64,000 nucleotides of DNA from Leucoraja ocellata (Eukaryota). Where the stretch lies: NCBI GenBank assembly GCA_036785375.1, contig JAWMAR010000384.1, positions 806,001 to 870,000 of the forward strand, written 5' to 3'. The notes beneath the pieces were generated by a model. The model searched no databases, was not told where the DNA came from, and was given only the letters and a program-made list of their open reading frames with translations. A program made the position numbers and the translations under genes. Shown in pieces: positions 50,626 through 64,000 of the stretch. The first letter of the stretch is position 1, and the number at the start of each line of letters is the position of its first letter.

Positions 50626-53090
50626 TATAATATTAAAACTCTGTGGCTGGCTGCTGGCTGGCTGTATTTCTGCCTGACTTGTGGTTGCCAGCCTTTGATT
50701 CGTTGCTACGCCAACACCAGACCCACAAACGCCCAGAATGTTTCCATTTCGGTACAGTTTTCACTTTTCATTCCAAGTACCCACTCCTGATTAAATTTCG
50801 TCGTGTTTATGTACACAGTTTTAATAAAACCCTTCTCCCCTCCACTCACAGCGACCATAACGGCTGCTGGCGCCCGCATCTCGCCTCAAAGACGCCATTT
50901 AAAAACATCCGCACTGCTGAGTCCTGAACGGCTTGAGTTGGAGGACCACGTCTCCCGTGGGGGTCCATTGATTTATTTTGGGGATTAATGTGTTGTTGGC
51001 CAGACACTGCATCGATTTCCCATCCCTATCTATTGCTCTAATACCCTTAGTGAAGATAAGTCGCTTTACTTAGGAGTAAAGTTTTCTGTCCAGGGCCGAA
51101 GTATTATATAATATAGTTGATTAAAGTAGGCGAGGGGACGTTTGAAGGGGGCACACTTTACATTACTTTTTTAAACAGAAAGTGTGCAACGCTTTGCTAG
51201 AAGAAGCGGTGTAAGTAGATACCCAGCAAGGTTGCAAGGTTCAAGAGGCATTTAGGCAAATACGTGAACAGATAGTGAATGGAGGGATATAGACATTATA
51301 TATGGCAGGCAGATGACATTGGCATTAGGTTCGCACAGACATTGTGGGCCATCGTGGATAGACCTGAAGTTATGACACTGACATCGTGTTTAACAGCATT
51401 CACGCGGATGATGAGCGAGAGAGGCCGACAGCATTTACACATGGCATGAGTGTAAGTGCATGATTTTCTCGCCGGTCCTGGCGCTCACACATAGACATCT
51501 TCGAAAGGCAACGGTAAAATATTGTAATGACATTACGAGACAGGAGAAAATGCGGCCTTTTGGGTCAGTCTCAGCTTCTGTCAGATTAGCCCCCCCCCCC
51601 CCCCCCCCGCAGGAAACATGTTCCCAGTGGAGGCCAAATCACTGGATGGATTTAAGAGAGAGTTAGAGCTCTAGAGGCTAGTGTAATCAAGGGGTTTGGG
51701 CAGAAGGCAGGCACGGGTTATTGTTTGGGGACGATCAGCCATGATCTCATTGAATGGCGGTGCTGGCTCGAAGGGCCGAATGGCCTCCTTCTGCACCTAT
51801 TTTCTATGTTTCTATGTTTCTATGAAAAGATTCAGAACAAATGAGACCCGTTATCGATGACCAGGCAAAGGTGGAGCTCACAATGGATAACCAGGACACT
51901 ACGGGAACGGAAGGAAAAGGCAAGGCCGGGAAGACTCAAATCTTTGTTTTTGGCTCCTTCATAAAAATTACAAGCCGCAGAAGAAATTGGGAAGAAAATG
52001 GGCATGATAATGGCAGCTCGAGAGTTATCGGAATTGGTTCCTTTGAACAGGGAAGGTATAATGTTGATTTGAATGAGGGGCATAGTCAAGGCGTTTGAAT
52101 TGACCATTTTTTCCGAGTGAAAGTAGGCTCAGTATTTACAGATTTAGAGGAATTTCCAAAATAACTAACGATCAGGTGAGCAATTGCAGATATGTGACCA
52201 TTTATTCGAATCAGCAAAACATGCATACAATCCGGATCATTTAGAAAAGATAAGACACATAATGAGATCGGGTCTGATTGTCCCTATTCTCACCCCCCCC
52301 CCCCCCCCCCCCTCTCTCCCCCCCCCCCCTCTCTCTCTCTCTCTCCCACCCCTCGCTCTCTTTCTGCACGTGTCTATATGAAGCTGCCGTGCACTCGTCG
52401 CATCTTTCTGTAGATATTATCTTGCTGCTAACGCCAATAATCATCCCGTTTCTTTAAAGCTGACAATCAGAAGAAATAAAGAAGAAATAAGGTGTAATGT
52501 TTGTAAATATTTAAATACAAACCCCGTCACCGATTAGTGTGAAAGTCACGGTCTTCTGTGATGAAGGATGGAGGTGCCATGCTTAGTACGAGGGGTGTAA
52601 AGGGGAGGTGCGAACAACCCATCAGTTTACATAAACCTGCTGATATGTTGGGAATTAATGGCGTTTCCAAATTTCCAGATTTCCACGTATGCACACGTAT
52701 TTTATTTAATTATGTAGCGGTGCACCTTGTGAACAAAGACATATTTAACAAATCCTGAACGCACGAGGCTGGTAGGGACGTTTTTGATTATTTTTTTTAA
52801 ACAGCCTGAAATTTGGGGTTTAAGACCACGTTTGCCCTGCTTGGTTTGTACGGTTCTTTGGCTGAATCATGTTGCACAAGAAGTGACAAAGCGCTGTAGA
52901 ACGCATGGTATAAATGGACGAGTGGCCCACGACTGTTGCTCGATTGCAATTAGTGATCGAAATAGAGAATCAAAATCAGTGTTGCTAGCTCAAATCTACG
53001 AGACAACACAACCCGTGTTAAGCCATCATGGTTCGGGTCAGAAATAAACCAAAGGGAATCAACAATGCATTTGAAATGCGTTTTTTTAAC

Positions 53091-53096
53091 TTTATT
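53091..53096 (-). terminator. G4 polyadenylation signal
   Basis: TTTATT on the plus strand, homologous to the G2 site. Confidence 0.6.
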
Positions 53097-53361
53097 GAAC
53101 GGCTACAAAGATACCATGGGTACAATAACAACATCCATGCTGTTGGATAACGCAATTGAATCTACTTGATGCTTCATTCCAGAACGACATTCTTTCGAAA
53201 GAACTACATTTAAAGTGAACAAGTCATAAAAATCGAAGTTTCAACTACAAATGGCATTTCTGAACGAAAACACCGAAGTCCAATACATTACTAACTTTGT
53301 CACATGGACGAACCCAATGATGATAAACTAACTTAGTCAGGTCAGCCTCACGTTTCCAACA

Positions 53362-55193
53362 TCAGATACAGCTGGATCTCACGATAGTTGTCTTAAGTGG
53401 GTTTGCCTGAGCCTGGTGTTTAACCACACAGGAGTAAAGGTCGTGTAAGTTCCAGTCTGAGGCTGTCAGAGTCAGGTAACTGCTGAGACTGAACGTGTTG
53501 TCCTTATCCTGCTGGATCGGGCTGGTCTCAACGTCGCTATTTTTTGCACTGCCGTCGACGTTCCACTCAACGGCGACCGAGCCCGGATTAAAGCCGTTCA
53601 CCAAACACACCAGGGTGGCCGTGCCCTTTGAGGTAACTTCATCGGCTGAAGGCGGCAGGACCGTCACGATCGGTGCCCGAGGATCTGTTTAATAAGAAGT
53701 CACATTTAATTGGAGAAATGCTGTCGTTGAGATATCATTATTTACCGAAAATACATCTCATTAAAGCACTAATTTATTCATTTATAGAAATGTCGTTTTA
53801 TTCTCGACCTTTTTCAAACCATTATAGTGTGTTTATTGTAATTGGGTGAACAATAAATAAAGTGCGTGAAAGCAACTAAAATAGATCCTGTCTACCCTCT
53901 GTATAAACACCGGGAAACCATCTGTGATAGATCATGGCTGCAGTATTTTATAAAACTGAATACATTATTATAACTTTTATAATGTTGATTTTACTACACA
54001 TTTCCGGATTTACATTTATTTAAATATATCAGCAGATATAAACGATTCGCGGTCGCGACATTTATAATAACAGATTTAAACTTATTTAATTGTCGGCACC
54101 ATTGAGATGGAGGGTGACGCTATTTAAGTTCGGCAAAAATATATGGAAACTAGTCTTCGAAGGCCACGGTCACCGATTCGCAGATATAGTTCACAAGCAA
54201 GAATTACATTGTAGTTCGAATGTTCATTTAAATTTGAAATACACGGCTGCGTCCACGAAAAGCTGCTCTACGTATTAAACACAATTTCTGAAGGAAATGT
54301 GTGAAACTTTCTCCTTTCGCATTTGGCATTTTGATATCCTTGTTCAACCCGTCAACCGGATTTTTGACAGTTTTGAATATTGACGTTGGTGAACCCCGTT
54401 ACCCAAGCAATTTCCTTTCATATCTGGACAATCACTGCAAATATTTCCGCAATTTATTGAACGAAGCTCAAGACAAAGCATTAGCTCGCTTTCCCAGTCA
54501 TTTCACTGAGTTATGTCCTAGTGAACTCGGAACATCTGTACAGCAAGATCGCACCATCTGCACTGAAATACAACTGGCTCAATCACGTGTCATGTGAACT
54601 CAGGACATTAAATCAAACAATATCTGCATTAAAACAAAAAGAATGCAGCGCGCTGTTCGAAGAATATATTTTACTTACCGCCAATACCCAGCCTCGTTCC
54701 TTTACCGAAATGTAAACCATTATAATCTTTGGCACAGTAATAGTCAGCAGCATCCACCGATTGAACACTAGATATTGCGAATGTTACAGAGCTGCCTGAC
54801 ACCGAGATGGAATAACGGTCTGGAATGTCCGTGCCTTTATAAATGCTGCCGCCGCTACCATGGGCGAATAGATACTTGGGAGTTTTGCCAGGAATCTGTT
54901 GGTGCCATGAGACATAGTTAGCGCCTGTACTGGTACCCGATATGGTGCAGGGTATTTGAATGTTCTGTCCCGTAGAGGTGGACATCGAAGGCGGCTGAGT
55001 TACTGTAACAGCCGCGCTTATGTCTGAGAAAGGAGAAATATCAGAAAAAAAGAGAAAATATTAGGTTTGTTGAAGTGTGGGAGGTAACCCCAAATTAATG
55101 GTGAACATAAATAAGTATAATATCCAGGAAAGTAAAATACTCACAAACTGCGCAAAACACCAACGCACCGACCACACGGATCCAATAAGACAT
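53362..55193 (-). CDS. IgL: Ig light chain gene G4, germline-joined VJ (leader 55193-55145; VJ exon 55023-54679; C exon 53684-53362)
   Basis: Reverse strand carries intact leader, VJ (CAKDYNGLHFGKGTRL) and C exon ending TIVRSSCI*. J-C intron is 994 nt. Confidence 0.95.
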
Positions 55194-55269
55194 TTTCATT
55201 AACCGACTGAGCTCCGATGGGGCGGCAGTTTCCAGGACAAGTGGCGTGTAATCTTGCTCTCTGGCCCTC

Positions 55270-55362
55270 TTTATAAATGGAATGACGATATGTCACCGTG
55301 TGTTTAATTATCCAAACCAATCAAACCGGTATGCTCGTCGAAGCCAATCAGAAATTGCCAGA
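55270..55362 (-). promoter_or_regulatory. G4 promoter
   Basis: On the plus strand: TTTATA 55270-55275, CCAAT at 55317 and 55344. Confidence 0.7.
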
Positions 55363-56520
55363 TTCTTCCTCAAAATATTCGCCCCTGTGAAACACGCAGG
55401 TCTTATTTTAGAGACTTGTGTTTCTAAAAAGCTTCATACATCCAGCAGAATGAAAAGGATTGTCACAGTTGTCCCTTCTTTATAAACAAATAATCTTTAA
55501 TGTTCTGCATGAACCCTCCGTAGATATACACTAAACAGATCGCGGGTAACTGTTTAATCAACAATGAAAACGGAATAGAAATATTTTATCTAAACGGACC
55601 AACTGAATCCGTATCGCTGATTTCCTTCGCTCCCTCACCCGCTGAGTTTCTCCAGCATTTTTGTCTACCTCCGTATCGCTGAACATAACATGATCACAGT
55701 CACAGCATCAGCACTGTTTTATTAAAAAGCACTAAATCTATATTTAGATATCTTTGTCATTTTAGAAATGATAAACCCCACAGGCTGCCCTTCTACTTGT
55801 GTATCAGATCATTTAGAAAAGACCTGAGGGGACAGAACATCACTACAAATGTCAGTAAAGTAGCCGTTTTGGCGGGCTATTTTGACTACCCGACGTGTGT
55901 CGTGCTTGTAAAAGTGGTATGCGATACTATCCTATTGTAATGCGCAGTAATTCACGACTCAAAGTGTAATGGTCGCCTGACCAAATTAATGCACATATGA
56001 GTGAAGTAAAAGGGGTCATATTGGCTCTCACCGCCTACTTCCAGAGTTCTTTCGGCTTTGAAGGAAGACAGGGCGACAGGAATTCTATGTACAGCACATC
56101 CATATTCAATTAAAGTTGAATGGAACACGGGCACTCCAGCACGGGCACGGGCAAAACTGACAAGGGAGAAACTTTGCAACGTGAACAAGCGAAAGATTGC
56201 ACTGGCTCATGGCTGTTCATTATTACCTCCGCAAATGCCGATCCGCAGATGCTACATGATGCCCCATAGAGTCAAAGAGAGTCAGTCATAGAGTGTGGAA
56301 ACAGGCCCTTCGGCCCAACTTTCACACATCGACCACCGACCCATCCACACTCGTCCCACCTGCCCGTATTGGGTCCATATCCCTCCAAATCTGTCATATC
56401 CATTTACCTGTCTAACTGGTTTTTAAACTTGGGATAGTCCCTGGCACAACTATCTCCTCTGGCTGCTTGTTCCATACTCCCACCACCCTCTGTGGGAAAA
56501 AGTTACCCATCATATTCCTT

Positions 56521-57385
56521 TCTATTTAAAAACAAATCTTTTTATTGTTTCTTTTCCAAAAAAAGCAAAAATAAAACATAAAAAAGAGAACAAAAAAAAT
56601 AATGATAAACATAACAATGGTATTGATACATAGGTATCAGGATTACATTAATAACAGATATAACCTAATATGAGACCAATGTCAAAATACACAATGAATC
56701 TAGACCTCCAGGTCTCTATGTTAATATAGTTAAATCTTTAAAAGGAAACGTATAAATGTAAAAAAAAGCACAAAAAGAAATAGACAAAAAAAGACTAAAC
56801 TAATGAAAGAAAAAAAAGAGAAAAATTGATAATAATAATAATAATAAAATACGCATAAAAATAAAATAGTTTAAAAAAACAAAGCAATGCAAACCCAAAA
56901 CTGAACTGAGAATTTCAACAATGTAAGTCTGTTTGTCGTCATGTCTGTTCCACCCAATGGAGATAAAATATTTTTTATAACGGTTAAAGAGGGAGCAATT
57001 TATGTTGTATGAAAATGTTCAATACATTTTACCCAAGTCTTATCAAATTTAACCAAGGGTTCAACAGTGTCACTGCTGATTTTTTCAAAATTTAAACATG
57101 ATATCGTTTCCGAATACCACTGGAGTGTGGTCGGAGGGTTAGGAGTCTTTCCATTTGAATAAAATAGATCTTCTGGCGATTAATGTGGTAAAAGCAATCA
57201 ACCCATGGGCGGAGCGGGACAAATGATTAGAATCTAACATTGCCAGCCCCAAAATTGCAGTAATTCCAGTTTGTAAACCTATGCCTAAGACTACAGAAAT
57301 AGTAACAAAAAATTATTTCCAATATTTTTCCAAAGAAGGGCAGGACCAAAACATATGAGTCAGTGAGGCCACTTCAGATTTACAC
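56521..57385 (-). mobile_element. L1-like LINE 3' fragment specific to the G4 flank
   Basis: Minus strand reads EVASLTHMFWSCPSLEKYWK followed by a low-complexity 3' UTR. Imperfect TCA(T/G)ATTCCT duplication. Absent at the G3 site (about 45720). Confidence 0.7.
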
Positions 57386-59966
57386 CTCAGATTCCTATTA
57401 AGTCTTTGCCCGTCACCATGAACCCGGTCCTCCTCTGGGCAAGGGACTATACATCCACCCGATCTATTCCTCTCACGACCCTATACACCTCTATGAGTTT
57501 TCCCTTCAACTTCTGCGCTCCAAAGAATAAAGTCCCAGCCTACTCAACCCCTCCCTATACCTCAGACCATCTAGTCATGGCAACATCCTCGTAAATCTTC
57601 TCTGTACCATTTCCAGCTTGTTGAAATCTTTCCTATACCGGTGCCCAGACTGAATTCAATACTCTAAATGCGGCGTCACCAACGTCTTATACATCTGCAA
57701 CAAGACCTCACAACCTCTATACTCATTACACGGGCTGATGAAGGCCAATGTGCCAAAAGCCTTTTTGACCACCCGATCTACCGTCGACTGCGTAGGTCCT
57801 GCCTATGTTAGAATTCCCAAAATGCAACACTTCACATTTCTCTGCATTAAATTCCATCAACCATTCCTCAGCCTACCTGGCCAATTGATCCAGATCCTGC
57901 TGCACTTTTCCACAACCATCTCCACTATCTGCGAAACCTCCCACGTTTGTATCATCTGCAAACTTGCTAATCTTACCAAGTATGATCCCATTCAAATCAT
58001 TGATATAGATGACAATCATTAACGGGCCCAGAACCGAACCCTGAGGCACACCCCGTGTTACTCCAGCACTTTGTGTTTTATCATGATTCCAGCATCCGCT
58101 GTTCCTTGTGTCTCTGTGTTCCCACTTTGGATGGGCAATAAATACTGCGTTTCCAAAGACTCAATCATCATACAAATGAATAACTTTGATGAATTAGATG
58201 TGTCTAAGTTAGATAGAAACAAAGAAAATAGGTGCAGGAGGAGGCCATTTGGCCCTTTAAGCCTGCATCGCTATTCATTGTGATCATGGCTGATCATCCA
58301 CAATCAGTAACCCGCGCCTGCGTGTTCCCCATAACCCTTGATTCCGCTAGCCCCGAGAGCTCTATCTAACTTTTAAATTCGTCCAGTGAATTGGCCTTTA
58401 CGGCCTTCTGTGGCAGAGTATTCCACAAATACACAACTGTCTGGGTGAAAAAATTTTCTCCTCTCAATAAATGGCCTCCACTTTATTCTTAGATTGTGGC
58501 CTCTGGTTCTGGGCTCCCCCATCATTAGGAACATTTTTCCTGCGACTAGCTTGTCAGTTGTTTTATAATTGTATACGTTTCTATAAGATGCCCCCTCATC
58601 CTTCTAAATACCAGTGAATACAAGCCCTATTTTTCCAATCTTTCCTCATATGAGATTTCCGCCATCCCAGGGATTAACCTCTTAAACCTACGCTGCACTG
58701 CCTCAATAGCAAGGATGTCCTTCCTCAAATTAGGAGACCGAAACTGCACACAATACTCGAGATGTGGTCTCACCAGGGCCTTGTACAACTGCACAAGGAT
58801 ATCTTTACTCCTCTACTCAAAACCTCTCGTTATGAAGGCCAGCGCCTCATTAGCTTTCTTCACTGCCTGCTGTATCTGCATGTTTTCTTTAATTGACTGG
58901 TGTATATGGACATTCAGGTCTCGCTGCACTTCCATTTTTCCTAATCTGACACCATTGAGATTCGATTGAAATTTGCCTCCTTGTTCTTGCCACCAAAATG
59001 GATAAACTCACAATTGTCTACATTATGCTGCATCTGCCTTGCATCTGCCCACTCACTCAACCTGTCCAAGTCACCCTGCAACCTCCTAGCCTCCTCTTCG
59101 CCGTTCACAATGCCACCCAACTTTGTGTCATCTGCAAATTTGCTAGTGTTACTTTTAATCTCATCATCTAAATCATTAATATACATATTGTAAATAGTTG
59201 CGGCCCCAACACTGAGCCTTGCGGCACTCCACTAGTCTCTGCCGGCCATTCTGGCAGGGACCCGTTTATTCCTACTCTTTGTTTCCTGTTTCCAAACCAA
59301 TCCTCTACCCATGTCAATGCCATGTCAAAGATTGAGCAGAGTGCATTGACGAAGGATTGTTTAAAGTTGAACAGTCAAGAAAGTGGTCAAGGTGTACGAA
59401 CTAAACAGCGTTGACCCCGCTGAACTTCCAGATGTCTATTGGGATATCTCAATTTCATTCTGAGAGACATCCGAGACTATCTCGGCCCTTGCTTTAATAA
59501 CTGGCTTACTGTTACTTGAGTACAAAGAAGAACAACTAGTTTTAAAACTGAGTTTACTTTTGTTTCGAGATCAGATGTATTCATTGTATAAATGAATGTT
59601 TCGATCCACCTCATGGAACTCATCTTCATGAGAAGTGGGTGACAGTGTGAGGTGTGAGGAAGGTGGTATGGGGTTGTAGGGTGACTTGGATATAGGTTGG
59701 GTGAGCGGACTATGTCCCTCATTCAAATCGCCATTATACCTTCCCTGTTCAAAGGGACCAATTCCGTTACTCTCGAGCTGCCATTATCATGCCCAATTTC
59801 TTCTCAATTTCTTCTGCGGCTTGTAATTTTTCTTACGGAGCCAACAGCAGACATTTGAGTCTTCCCGGCCATGCCTTTTTCTCCCGATTCCCTAGTGTCC
59901 TGGTTGTTCATTGTGAGCAATTTCCCTGATCGTCGATGTCGGGTCTCATTTGTTCTGAATCTTTTC

Positions 59967-61232
59967 ATAGAAACATAGAAACATAGAAACTATGTGCAGA
60001 AGGAGGCCATTCGGCCCTTCGAGCCAGCACCGCCATTCATTGCGATCTTAGCTGATCGTCCCCAATCAATAACACGTGCCTGCCTTCTCCCCATATCCCT
60101 TGATTCCACTAGCCTCTAGAGCTCTATCTTACTCTCTCTTAAATCCATCCAGTGATTTGGCCTCCACTGCCCTCTGTGGCAGGGAATTCCACAAATTCAC
60201 AACTCTCTGGGTGAAAATCTTTTTTTCTCACCTCAGTCTTAAATGGCCTCCAAGACTGTGGCCCCTGGTTCTGGACTGGCCCAGCATTGGGAACATTTTT
60301 CCTGCATCTAGCTTGTGCAGTCCTTTTTATAATTTTATATGTTTCTATAAGATACCCCCTCATCCTTCTAAACTCCAGCGAATACAAGCCTAGTATTTTC
60401 AATCTTTCCTCATAGGACAGTCCCGCCATCCCAGGGATCAATCTCGTGAACCTACGCTGCATTGCTTCAATCACAAGGATGTCCTTCCTCAGATTAGGAG
60501 ACCAAAACTGTACGCAATACTCCAGATGTGGTCTTACCAGAGCCCTATACAACTGCAGAAGAACCTCTTTACTCCTATACTGAAATCCTCTTGTTATGAA
60601 GGCCAACATTAGCTTTCTTCACTACCTGCTGTATCTGCACGCTAACTTTCGGTGACTGGTGTACAAAGACGCCCAGGTCTCGCTGCACCTCCCCCTTACC
60701 TAACCTAACCCCATAGAGATAATTATCTTCTCCCTTGTTGTTGCCGCCGAAGTGGATAACCTCACATTTATCTATATTATACTGCATCTGCCACGCATCT
60801 GCCCACTCACTCAACCTGTCCAGGTCACCCTGCAACCACCTAACATCCTCTTCACAGTTCACACTGCCAACCAGCTTTGTGTCATTATCAAAGGCTTTCT
60901 GAATGTCTAGATATACTAAATCCACTGGCTCCCCTTCATCCATTTTACTTGTCATATCCTCGAAAAATTCCAGAAGATTAGTCAAGGATGATTTCCCTTT
61001 CATAAATCCATGTTGACTTGGACTAATCCTTTTACTGCTATCCAAATGCCCCATTATTACATATTTAATAATTGACTCCAGCATCTTTCCCACCACCGAA
61101 GTCAGGCTAACTGGTCTGTAATCCCCCGTTTTCTCTCTCACTCCTTTCTTGAAAAGTGGGATAACATTAGCTATCCTCCAATCCACAGGAAATGATCCTC
61201 AATCTATTGAACATTGGAAAATGATCACCAGT
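59967..61232 (-). mobile_element. CR1 LINE, internally deleted paralog of 47558-49040
   Basis: RT ORFs 60139-60609 and 60575-61186. Confidence 0.9.
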
Positions 61233-63444
61233 GCGCCCAGATTCTTTCCATTTCGGTAGAGAAGTCACTTTTCATTCCAAGTATCCACTCCATACATTTC
61301 GTCGTGTTTATGAACACATTTTTAATAAAATCCTTCTCCCCGCCCGGACAATAAAAAAAACAGCTCTCACCCATAGAATGTTGTTGAACTTTCCATCGTG
61401 TGATGTCACAATTCCCAATGCTCACAGATGTCCAATCGGTATGGATCAATTTACATATGCCTTTGCAGCAGCCCCAGCCCCAGCCCCTCCCCCCGCCCCC
61501 GCAGCTTGTGTCGAAGCGCGTCATCACGTGTGTGGGAATAGAGACAGAGGATTGGAGGTGATAGGGAATGGGGAACAGATGGACTTCCCTCCCCCTCCCC
61601 CTTCCACACTCCCTCCCCACTATTTCCCATCTCCCCCCCCCCCCACCCCTCTCCCCCTCACTCCATACTCTCCCCTCCCTTCCCTACCCCATCTACCTCC
61701 TTCCCTCCCTCCGCAGTCTTACACTTATCTCCCCCCACCCCCCATCCCCCACTCCTCCCCATCTCCCTCCCCCACCCCTCTCTCTCCCCCCTCCCTTCTC
61801 TTTCCCTCCCCACTCTTCCCCCTCTCTCCGCTCTCCCCCTCCTTCCACACTTTCCCCCCTCTCTAGCCCCTACCCCTGGTTAGTGGTTAGTGTGAGTGTG
61901 ATGCCCCAGCCCCCCCCCCCACCCCCCCCCCCCCTCTTCCCCCGCAAACGCGCGTTGGGGAAACAGACCCAACGGGTCTGCACTTGGTCTAGTATAATAT
62001 TAAAACTCTGTGGCTGGCTGCTGGTTGGCTGTGTTTCTGCCTGACTTGTGGTTCCCAGCCTGTGGGAGCCAGCCTTTGATTCGTTGCTACGCCAACACCA
62101 GACCCACAAATGCCCAGAATGTTTCCATTTCGGTAGAGATTTCATTTTTCATTCCAAGTATCCACTCCTGATTAAATTTCGTCGTGTTTATGTACAAATT
62201 TTAAATGAAATCCTTTTGGGGATTAATGTGTTGTTGGCCAGAAACTGCATCGATTTCCTATCCCTATCTATTGCTCTAATATCCTTAGTGAAGAAAAGTC
62301 GCTTTACTTAGGAGTCCAGGGCCGAAGTATTATATAATATAGTTTATCAAAGTAGGCGAGGGGACGTTTGAAGGGGGCACACTTTGCATGCCTTTTTAAA
62401 CAGAAAGTGTGCAACGCTTTGCTAGAAGAAGCGGTGTAAGTAGATACCCAGCAAGGTTGCAAGGTTCAAGAGGCATTTAGGCAAACACGTGAACAGATAG
62501 GGAATGGAGGGATATAGACATTATATATGGCAGGCAGATGATATTGGCATTAGGTTCGCACAGACATTGTGGGCCATCGTGGATAGATCTGAAGTTATGA
62601 CGCTGACATCGTGTTTAACAGCATTCACGCGGATGATGAGCGAGAGAGGCCGACAGCATTTATACATGGCATGAGTGTAAGTCTATGATTTTCTCGCCGG
62701 TCCTGGCGCTCACACATAGACATCTTCGAAAGGCAACGGTAAAATATTGTAATGACATTACGAGACAGGAGAAAATGCGCCCTTTTGGGTCAGTACCTGT
62801 CACAGAGGGCAGTGGAGGCCAAATCACTGGATGGATTTAAGAGAGTTAGAGCTCTAGAGGCTAGTGGAATCAAGGGATATGGGCAGAAGGCAGGCACGGG
62901 TTATTGATTGGGGACGATCAGCCATGATCTCATTGAATGGCGGTGCTGGCTCGAAGGGCCGAACGGCCTCCTTCTGCACCTACTTTCTATGTTTCTATGT
63001 CTCTATGAAAAGATTCAGAACAAATGAGACCCGATATCGATGACCAGGGAAAGGTGGAGCTCACAATGGATAACCAGGACACTACGGGAACAGAAGGAAA
63101 AGGCAAGGCCGGGAAGACTCAAATCTTTGTTTTCGGCTCCTTCATTACGCGCCACAGGAGAAATTGGGAAGAAAATGGGCATGATAATGGCAGCCTGAGA
63201 ATAATGGGAATTGGTCCCTTTGAACAGGGAAGGTATAATGGTGATTTGAATGAGGGGCATAGTCAAGGCGTTTTAATTGACCATTTTTTTCCGAGTGAAA
63301 GTAGGCTCAGTATTTACAGATTTAGAGGCATTGCCAAAATAACTAACCAGCAGGTGAGCAATTGCAGATATGTGACCATTTATTCGAATCCGCAAAAAAT
63401 GCATACAATCCGGATAATTTAGAAAAGATAAGACACATAATGAG

Positions 63445-63845
63445 ATCATGGCTGAAACTTACAAAGTTCTTAGGGGGTTGGACAGGCTAGATGCAGGAAG
63501 ATTGTTCCCGACGTTGGGGAGGTCCAGGACAGGGGGTCACAGTTTAAGGAAAGGGGGGAAATCTTTTGGGACCGAGATGAGGAAAACATGTTTTCACACA
63601 TCTCTGGAATCTCTGAAATTCTTTGCCACAGAAGGTAGTTGAGGCCAGTTCATTGGCTATATGTAAGAGGGAGTTAGATGTGGCCCTTGTGGCTAAAGGG
63701 ATCAGGGGGTATGGAGAGAAGGCTGGTGCAGGATACTGAGTTGGATGATCAGCCATGATCATATTGAATAGCGGTGCAGGCTCGAAGGGCCGAATGGCCT
63801 ACTCCTGCACCTATTTTCTAAGTTTCTATGTTTCTATGTTTCTAT
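63445..63845 (+). mobile_element. CR1 3' end insertion
   Basis: ETYKVLRGLDRLDAGR motif and (CTATGTTT)n tail, flanked by ATAA. Confidence 0.88.
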
Positions 63846-64000
63846 AAAGCTGGAGTAAATTAGCGGGTCAGCCAGCATCTCTGGAGAAAATGAATAGGTG
63901 ACATTTCGGATCGAGACCTTTCTTCAAACAGTCTGAAGAAGGGTCTCGCCCCAAAACGTCCCCGATTCCTTTTCTCCAGAGATGCTTTCTGACCCGCTGA

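Larger units (their letters stand above)
47294..59708. repeat. One ~12.4 kb unit of a tandem segmental duplication carrying an IgL gene
   Basis: The same chimeric junction (GGTGAGCGG|ACTA..CCTCATTCAAATCGCC) occurs at about 47294 and 59708. 47300-52260 recurs at 59715-63440. Confidence 0.85.

Noticed and set aside
50115-50630. Proline-rich ORFs (also 61231-62044)
   Set aside because: Translation of C-rich low-complexity DNA inside the Helitron-like element.

Overview
Vertebrate genomic DNA, most likely from a cartilaginous fish (skate/ray-like, inferred from the Ig type and from CR1 LINEs with (CTATGTTT)n tails), with two assembly gaps. The window is an immunoglobulin light-chain multicluster locus. 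It has four apparently intact leader-VJ-C genes in which V and J are already joined in the genome with no RSS: G1 13790-15835 (+), G2 29056-31934 (+), G3 42108-43854 (-) and G4 53362-55193 (-). There is also an orphan, decayed CL exon at 7067-7320 (-), and the 3' flank of a probable fifth gene runs off the right edge. The C domains resemble chondrichthyan type I (NS5/sigma-cart) chains as I recall them; no search was run. The rest is transposon debris (CR1, Rex1/Babar, L1-like, L2-like, Penelope fragments with minimal hammerhead-ribozyme cores, V-SINEs, a Harbinger-type MITE, Helitron-like elements), much of it copied along with the Ig genes. The most notable observations are: a vestigial second J segment in the G2 J-C intron; an intact hammerhead core on the sense strand of that intron; CDR-focused clustered substitutions among pre-joined genes; G3/G4 being 5'-G1/3'-G2 hybrids around a homogenised C exon; and an inverted-then-tandem ~12 kb amplification. 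All identity estimates are by eye.
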